DNA from: Candidatus Binatia bacterium
GTDB lineage: Bacteria > Desulfobacterota > Binatia > UBA9968 > JAJDTQ01
Reading direction: 5' to 3'
DNA: 64,000 nucleotides
NCBI GenBank assembly: GCA_963666515.2
Contig: OY762897.2
Span: forward strand, 1,664,001 to 1,728,000
The position numbers and the translations under genes were made by a program. Position 1 is the stretch's first letter; every line of letters begins with the position of its first letter. This document shows, piece by piece, positions 58,087 to 64,000 of the stretch. The notes below the pieces were generated by a model. It searched no databases and had not been told where the DNA came from. It worked only from the letters and a program-made list of their open reading frames with translations.

Positions 58087-59058
58087 TCAGACGTAGTGCT
58101 GTATCTCCTGGAGGGAGGGCGGGAAAAACAGCTCTTCTATCGCGGGCTTGTGCTTGATCATGCCCTGCTCGAACTCGTAGCGGACCACGGCTTCCAGGTC
58201 GGGACGGTTGTCCTCCAGGTTGTAGGGCCAGGGGTCGGGTCCGAAGATGGCGTGCTGCTCCTGGAGTTCTTCCTTGGCCCACACCAGGGCGAGGCTCCGG
58301 GGGTCGCGCATGCGCTCGTAGCACACCTCCTTGGCCCGCTGGAGCGCCTGGAGCAGGCTCACCGCCACCCAGGGATACCGCTCCAGTATCTCGTCCTTGA
58401 CCACCACCGTGTGCATGATGGGGAAGATGCCGCTCTTGCGGTAGTACTCCACCTCCGCCTGCCGCGGGTCCGGGAAGAGCAGCGCCACCTTGTCCGAACC
58501 TTCCCGGATGGACGGCAGCACCTCGGGATAGAGGGAGCCTTCCAGGTCGCCGGCGCACAGCATCTCGTCGATGTTCCGGCCTTCGGGCACCCGGTGGATA
58601 TTCATCCACGAGGCCGGTTCCAGCGGCACGTCCTCTTCCTCTTGGCACCACCACTCCACCGTGCGGAGGTCCAGGCCGTAGTAGTCCTGCAGGATGCCGC
58701 GCATCCACAGGCCCGCGGAGTTCTGCAAAGTGTCGAGGCCGACCCGCTTGCCGTTCAGGTCCGCGGGCTCGTCGATGCCGCAGCCCGTGCGCTTGACCAT
58801 GTAGCTGTGGCGGAAGCGCCGGTGCGGGAACGCGGGAATGGCGGTGAAGTCCCGTCCCTGGTCGTGGGCCACCAAGTAGCCCACCAGCGACAGCTCGCAG
58901 GCGTCGAACTCCTCGTGGCGCAACATGCGCCCGTGGCGCTCGGGCGACTGCATGGTCATGACGTTGAGGTCGATGCCGGCGGGCTCTACCACCTTCTCCC
59001 ATAGCGGCCGCAGGAGATCGTAGCTGCCGCAGGCGAAATTCAGGTTCAAACGGGACAC
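58087..59058 (-). CDS. 4,5-dihydroxyphthalate decarboxylase-like paralog
   Basis: EFDACELS, IPAFPHRRFRH, GIFPIMH, PWPYN. Confidence 0.8.
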   Translation of the reverse strand: MSRLNLNFACGSYDLLRPLWEKVVEPAGIDLNVMTMQSPERHGRMLRHEEFDACELSLVGYLVAHDQGRDFTAIPAFPHRRFRHSYMVKRTGCGIDEPADLNGKRVGLDTLQNSAGLWMRGILQDYYGLDLRTVEWWCQEEEDVPLEPASWMNIHRVPEGRNIDEMLCAGDLEGSLYPEVLPSIREGSDKVALLFPDPRQAEVEYYRKSGIFPIMHTVVVKDEILERYPWVAVSLLQALQRAKEVCYERMRDPRSLALVWAKEELQEQHAIFGPDPWPYNLEDNRPDLEAVVRYEFEQGMIKHKPAIEELFFPPSLQEIQHYV

Positions 59059-59645
59059 TATTCGCTCCTCACGTGCTTTCGGTATTCCTCGGGCGTGTCG
59101 ATGTCGATGAGGATTCCTTCCTCGTCGGTCTCGATCTCCAGGGTTTCATCCGGGTGGCCCCGCACCACCGGCTTGGCGCCGGTCTCCAGGGACGCCGCCA
59201 TGAACTCGGGGAAGAGCCTGGCGGAGAACAGCACCGGATGGCCGCGCCGGCCGCCGAACCGCGGCACCACGATGAGCTTCTCCTCGACGCGGAAACGCTC
59301 GATCATCCGCTCCACCAGACCGCTCTCGATAAAGGGGTGGTCCACCAGGTGCACCAGGATCGCCTCCACGGGCTCGCCCTCCAGCGCCCGGATGGCGGTC
59401 TGCAGCGACGAGAGCTGGCCGCGGGCGTAGTCCGGGTTCACCGCGGTGTCGACGCCGAGGTAGCCGATGGCCTCCCGCATGGCGCCGGCGTTGTAGCCCA
59501 GCACCACCAGGGTCCGGTCCACGCTCGTGCGTTCCAGCGCACGGACGATGCGCTCGATGAACGGGACGCCATCCACCGGGAGCAACGCCTTGGGCCTTCC
59601 CATGCGGGTGGACGCGCCCGCGGCCAGGACGACGGCAACGATCAT
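59058..59645 (-). CDS. MocA-like molybdenum cofactor nucleotidyltransferase family
   Basis: LAAGASTRMGRPKALL, LVDHP, GHPVLF, DIDTPEEY. Confidence 0.82.
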   Translation of the reverse strand: MIVAVVLAAGASTRMGRPKALLPVDGVPFIERIVRALERTSVDRTLVVLGYNAGAMREAIGYLGVDTAVNPDYARGQLSSLQTAIRALEGEPVEAILVHLVDHPFIESGLVERMIERFRVEEKLIVVPRFGGRRGHPVLFSARLFPEFMAASLETGAKPVVRGHPDETLEIETDEEGILIDIDTPEEYRKHVRSE

Positions 59646-59709
59646 GAATCGGAATGACAAGGGCGCGGGAGGCGGGAACGCCACCTCCGCGCGCTGGCGC
59701 TCGGTCGGC

Positions 59710-60681
59710 TTACAGCCCTTCGAGCTTCTTCATGGTCTCGGCGTAGTCCGCCAACGCCTTGTCGAGCGTGTACTCGGCGACGAAGCCCAGTTGCTCCTCC
59801 GCGCGCGACAGGTCGGTCAGAGGCCGGTTGGCCGGATAGCCCATGGGGTCGCTTTCCTTCCGCAACGCCACGCGGGACTCCGGAAACTCCTTCTTCAGCG
59901 CGGCGAGGATGTCGTCGCCGGTGACCATGCCGCTGCAGCCGATGTGAAAGAGCCGGTCCTTGTGCTCGGGCTTGAGCGCGGCCAGGACGGTGGCCGTGGC
60001 CGCGTCCTTGCCGTAGAGAACCTCCGTGGGGCCGTAGGGCCAGTTGACGGTGGCGTCCTCGCGCTTCAACGCGGCGCGGATCATGTCCTGGATCGCCTGC
60101 TCGCGGGTGGCCTTCATGGTGGTGGGCGACGGTCCGTAAAGCCCGCCCACGTAACGGATGCACACGAACTCGAAGCCGTACATCTTCGCGTAGGCGTTGC
60201 CGAGAAACTCGCAGCCGCCCTTGGTGGCGGCATAGACCGACGGCGGGTTGATGGGGATGGTCTCGTCGATGCTCTGGAGCCCCTCCCCGAACGAGCCCAG
60301 GTAGACGGTGCCGGAGCTGGGAAAGGTGATCCGCGGCACGTTCTCGAGGCGCACGGCCTCCAGCACGTTGACGGTGCCCATGAGGTTCAGGCGCACGCCG
60401 GTGTAGGGGCGCCGCTGCACCTCCTCGCCCAGAAACGCCGCCAGGTGGATGACCTGACCCACGTCGTGGTCCCGAATCGCGCTCACGAGTTGAGGCAGGT
60501 CCAGGATGTCGCCGCGCACGGTCTCCACCGACGCGGGGTCCACGCCCACGGCCCTGAGCAGCCGCTCGTTGACCGCCACGTCGAAGATCACCGGGCGCTC
60601 GCCGCGCTCCTGCAGCATGCCCACCACGTACGCGCCCACAAGACCGGTCCCGCCGGTCACCAGAATGCTCTTCTGTGCCAT
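59710..60681 (-). CDS. NAD-dependent epimerase/dehydratase family (extended SDR)
   Basis: LVTGGTGLVG, IHLAA, YAATK. Confidence 0.88.
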   Translation of the reverse strand: MAQKSILVTGGTGLVGAYVVGMLQERGERPVIFDVAVNERLLRAVGVDPASVETVRGDILDLPQLVSAIRDHDVGQVIHLAAFLGEEVQRRPYTGVRLNLMGTVNVLEAVRLENVPRITFPSSGTVYLGSFGEGLQSIDETIPINPPSVYAATKGGCEFLGNAYAKMYGFEFVCIRYVGGLYGPSPTTMKATREQAIQDMIRAALKREDATVNWPYGPTEVLYGKDAATATVLAALKPEHKDRLFHIGCSGMVTGDDILAALKKEFPESRVALRKESDPMGYPANRPLTDLSRAEEQLGFVAEYTLDKALADYAETMKKLEGL

Positions 60682-60704
60682 TCACTCCCTCCAGACAACC
60701 ATGC

Positions 60705-61523
60705 CTACGGAAACATGTACTCCACCGGCGGCGACTCGAAGTCCGTCTCCACTTCCGTGGTTCCGGGCACTTCCCTGGCCACCGACACGATCTCCTCCTG
60801 CAGCGCGGGCTGGGTCAGAATCCCGGAGACGTGGACCACGCCTTCGGATGCCCGCACGCGCACGTTCAGGTTCCTCGTCTTGGGCGACACGATCAGCGCC
60901 GCCTGAACGCGGGACGACAGGGACAGGTCGGCGAAGGCCTGCTCCGACTCCGCGTTCTTCTGGTACTCCGGCCGCCCCGCGGCGTCCTCGATCAACCGCG
61001 CCAGGGTGTCGATGGTCATCTGCCCGGCGTTCAGGACCAGATCGTAGCGCGACGCGTCGCGCCAGTCCGCGCCGAAGATGGCCTCCATGCGCCGGGAGCG
61101 CGCCTTGTTGACGCTCTCGACGTAGCGCCGGCCGCCGGCCTCGTCGAGCCCTTCCCGCTCGCGCACCTTCTCCACCTGGTATTCCAGCGGCGCCGTCAAC
61201 AGCACCTTGAGCACGTGGCTTACGCCGGGCAGGAGTTCCTGGCCCATGTGGCCGTGGTATACGATCCGGCCGTCGCGGGCCATCTCGCACATGGCGGCCT
61301 GGAGCGTGATGCGGTACAGCCGCAGGCTCTCGCGCCAGCGTTCCCACCAGTGCGGCCCCGACTCCAGCACCTCTTCGTACTTGGCCTCGGGAATGCCGTA
61401 ACGGCTGCTCGCCTCCATCAGCACCTCCCGGTCCACGCACGAGTAGCCCATATCCTGCGCCACCCGCTCGGCAACCTCCGGACCCGCGCCAAACGCGCCA
61501 CGAATGATCGTGATAATCGGCAT
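60705..61523 (-). CDS. Cytidylate kinase-like protein with C-terminal BON domain
   Basis: IITI.RGAFGAG, D..RYDLVLN, and a BON-like GVVHVSG..VPGTTEV. Confidence 0.75.
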   Translation of the reverse strand: MPIITIIRGAFGAGPEVAERVAQDMGYSCVDREVLMEASSRYGIPEAKYEEVLESGPHWWERWRESLRLYRITLQAAMCEMARDGRIVYHGHMGQELLPGVSHVLKVLLTAPLEYQVEKVREREGLDEAGGRRYVESVNKARSRRMEAIFGADWRDASRYDLVLNAGQMTIDTLARLIEDAAGRPEYQKNAESEQAFADLSLSSRVQAALIVSPKTRNLNVRVRASEGVVHVSGILTQPALQEEIVSVAREVPGTTEVETDFESPPVEYMFP

Positions 61524-61741
61524 GGGCTTCCCTCCTTCCTGTCGGCCGTCCTTGACTCCGGCCGAACCAATGGCCTGTCGTGGTGCGACTGTCCTGTTAT
61601 TAAGGTAAACCGTCTCGTATGACGTTGCAAGATAAATCAGGCTGATCCAGTCCCCTCGAACGCCCGCGGCACGCGCGAGCACGAATGTTTGTGGGCCGGA
61701 CCGGGGTTTGTTACAGGTGGACTACCCGACAGGCTTCCCGC

Positions 61742-62860
61742 ATGACTGCCAAGGAAAAACTGCTGGCGCTTCGCGAAGAGCTGCGACAGACGTTCCTGGA
61801 ACGCGGCGAGCTCATCGACGGCGCTCTCGCGGCCCTGCTCTCGGCCCAGAACCTGCTGATCATCGGTCCGCCCGGCACGGCCAAGTCCATGCTGGCCGAC
61901 GAGTTGTGCCGCCGTATCGAGGGCGCCGGCTACTTCCAGTGGCTGCTGACCCGTTTCACCGCGCCGGAAGAGCTGTTCGGCGCGGTGAGCCTCAAGGGAC
62001 TGGAGCAGGACGACTACCGCCGCGTCACCACCCGCAAGCTCCCCGAAGCCCACATCGCGTTTCTGGACGAGGTCTTCAAGGCCAACTCCTCGATCCTGAA
62101 CTCGATCCTGACCATCATCAACGAAAGGCGGTTCCACAACGGCCAGCAGGTCCACGACGTGCCGCTCGTCACCCTGTTCGGCGCCAGCAACGAGCTTCCC
62201 GAGGACGATGAGCTGACCGCGCTGTACGACCGCTTCCTGCTCCGCTTCGTGGTGGACTACATAGAGGAGGACTACCGTTTCCTGCGCATGCTGGAGGCGC
62301 CGCAGCAGCAGGCCGGGGCCTCCCTCACCCTGGCGGAGCTGAACGAGATGCAGCGCGAGGCGGACGCGCAGCCGGTCCCCGGCCACGTCTACCGGACCAT
62401 GGCCGAGATCCGCCGGCAGCTCGGCAAGAAGCAGATCGTCGCCTCCGACCGGCGCTACCGCCAGTCCCTGGCCCTCATGAAGGCGCACTCCTACCTGGCG
62501 GGGGACGCGCAGGTCTCGGACCGGAGCCTGCTGTTCCTGGAGCACGTCCTTTGGCGGGAACCGTCCGAGCACGCCGACGTCGCCTCCACCCTCCGCGAGA
62601 TCGTGCTCGGCTACGAGAAGGAGGCGCAGGAGCTTCTCTACCAGGCGCGCGAGATCGAGGAGTACGTACAGCGCCCATGGGAGACGGAGGAACTGCGCTC
62701 CCACGCCCTCATCGAGGGACACACCAAGCTCCGCAACATCCTCGGCCGGGTGGAACAGATCATCGAGAAGGCATCCGATTCGGAGCGCCCCGTCGCCGGG
62801 GTGGAGCACATGCGGGACGAGATCCAGACGCTGCAGAAGCGCCTGCTGGAGGAATTGTAG
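61742..62860 (+). CDS. MoxR/RavA-like AAA+ ATPase
   Basis: GPPGTAKS, FLDEVFKANSSILN, GASNE, ALYDRF, SDRR. Confidence 0.9.
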   Translation: MTAKEKLLALREELRQTFLERGELIDGALAALLSAQNLLIIGPPGTAKSMLADELCRRIEGAGYFQWLLTRFTAPEELFGAVSLKGLEQDDYRRVTTRKLPEAHIAFLDEVFKANSSILNSILTIINERRFHNGQQVHDVPLVTLFGASNELPEDDELTALYDRFLLRFVVDYIEEDYRFLRMLEAPQQQAGASLTLAELNEMQREADAQPVPGHVYRTMAEIRRQLGKKQIVASDRRYRQSLALMKAHSYLAGDAQVSDRSLLFLEHVLWREPSEHADVASTLREIVLGYEKEAQELLYQAREIEEYVQRPWETEELRSHALIEGHTKLRNILGRVEQIIEKASDSERPVAGVEHMRDEIQTLQKRLLEEL

Positions 62861-64000
62861 TGGCCCGCCGGACGCCGAAGAAGAAGGCCCCCGCGCTGCC
62901 CGAACTGCCCGACAACGCCCACTGGATCGAGAGCGACCGCTACGACCGCCACGCCTACGGCCAGCTCCGCCGTGACGCCGCCTCCCTGCGGGAGCTGGAA
63001 CGCACGGGCCAAGCCCTCCTGCCCCACTTCCCGTCGCTGCTGCAAGACGTCTTCTGCCTGCTGTTCAAGTACAACATCGTGTTTGCCGCCGAATCCGACG
63101 TGCTCCCCAGCGCGTCCGTCAACCGCTCCCTCCTGACCGCGCTGCACGACGGCGAAGTGAGCCGGATCCTGCGGGAGCTGACCCTGCTCGACGAGGCCAA
63201 GGCCGGCCTGTGCACGCTGCTCGTGGGCGAAGGGCTCCTGGACATGCTCAAGTCCGAGAAGCCGTGGACGCGCCACGACATGATGGACACATGGAAGCTG
63301 CGGCAGCAGGAAGAGGAGTTCCAGAATACACGCGAGATGCTGGAACATGCCGCAGAGCTGGGGGAGCAGGAGGAAGCCGCAGGCAAGGAGGAGGCCCTGG
63401 AGAAGGTCGAGGAGCGGCTCAAGAGCAGGCTCCGGGGAGAGGCGGCCTCGATCCGGCAAAAGCAGCGGCAGTTGACCGAGGACCTGGACCGGGTCCGGGA
63501 TGAGGCCCGGACGCGCGTGCAGGCTTCGGCCATCCGCGCCGCCCATCAACTGGAGGAAGCCGCGGAGGAAGCGGAGCAGTGGGGTTCCGCGCTGGGTTCC
63601 GGCGGGCGGCTGCCCGCGGACCGAAGGCTCGAGCTGGGCCGGCGGCTGGCCGGAAACGACAAGCTCAAGAAGCTCATCCGCATGGTGGGCCGGATGAAGT
63701 CCCACGCCCTGGCGTTGCGCAAGCGCACCTTCGAGCGGGCCAACGAGGAGCTCTACGCGGTGGAGCAGGGAGGCGCCCTGGAACACCTGTTGCCGCAGGA
63801 GCTGGCGACCCTGCACCACCCGCTACGGCGCCGGGACTTCCAGCGCCGGCTGCTGGAGAAGGAGCTGTTGCAGTACAACCTCCGGGGCATGGAGGAGAAA
63901 CGCAAGGGGCCGGTGGTGGTGTGCCTGGACGGCAGCTCCTCCATGTCGGGGGACAAGGAACTCTGGTCCAAGGCCGTCGCCCTGACCCTGCTGGAGCTGA
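62860..64000 (+). CDS. ViaA-like VWA domain protein (3' end outside window)
   Basis: GTG start overlaps the ATPase stop and the frame is open to the edge. HLLPQELA, and KGPVVVCLDGSSSM MIDAS motif. Confidence 0.85.
   Translation, partial: MARRTPKKKAPALPELPDNAHWIESDRYDRHAYGQLRRDAASLRELERTGQALLPHFPSLLQDVFCLLFKYNIVFAAESDVLPSASVNRSLLTALHDGEVSRILRELTLLDEAKAGLCTLLVGEGLLDMLKSEKPWTRHDMMDTWKLRQQEEEFQNTREMLEHAAELGEQEEAAGKEEALEKVEERLKSRLRGEAASIRQKQRQLTEDLDRVRDEARTRVQASAIRAAHQLEEAAEEAEQWGSALGSGGRLPADRRLELGRRLAGNDKLKKLIRMVGRMKSHALALRKRTFERANEELYAVEQGGALEHLLPQELATLHHPLRRRDFQRRLLEKELLQYNLRGMEEKRKGPVVVCLDGSSSMSGDKELWSKAVALTLLEL

Overview
GC-rich bacterial window. The gene content suggests a sponge-associated deltaproteobacterial (Binatia-like) symbiont, but this is inference. 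The left 16 kb is one minus-strand run: cupin, OCD-family protein, STAS protein, small protein, an swf-type type I PKS/FAS cluster (KS-AT-DH-pseudoMT-ER-KR-ACP; B12 radical SAM; thioester reductase-sulfotransferase), a translationally coupled PaaK-like CoA ligase, and an RNA-ligase-like gene that runs off the edge and is missing from the ORF track. The rest holds five OCD/mu-crystallin paralogs in total, an intact IS1634 with a 6-bp target duplication, an AprAB-like flavoprotein/ferredoxin operon, tRNA-Lys, prpB/prpD, asnS, msrPQ, a coxSLM-like Mo-hydroxylase, several decayed toxin-antitoxin loci (every recognisable toxin is broken or missing), DUF1800/DUF1501, tadA, a probable selenocysteine BCP peroxiredoxin split by an in-frame UGA, and a RavA/ViaA-like pair. 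No CRISPR array or rRNA was seen. Family assignments come from motif recognition by eye, not from database searches.
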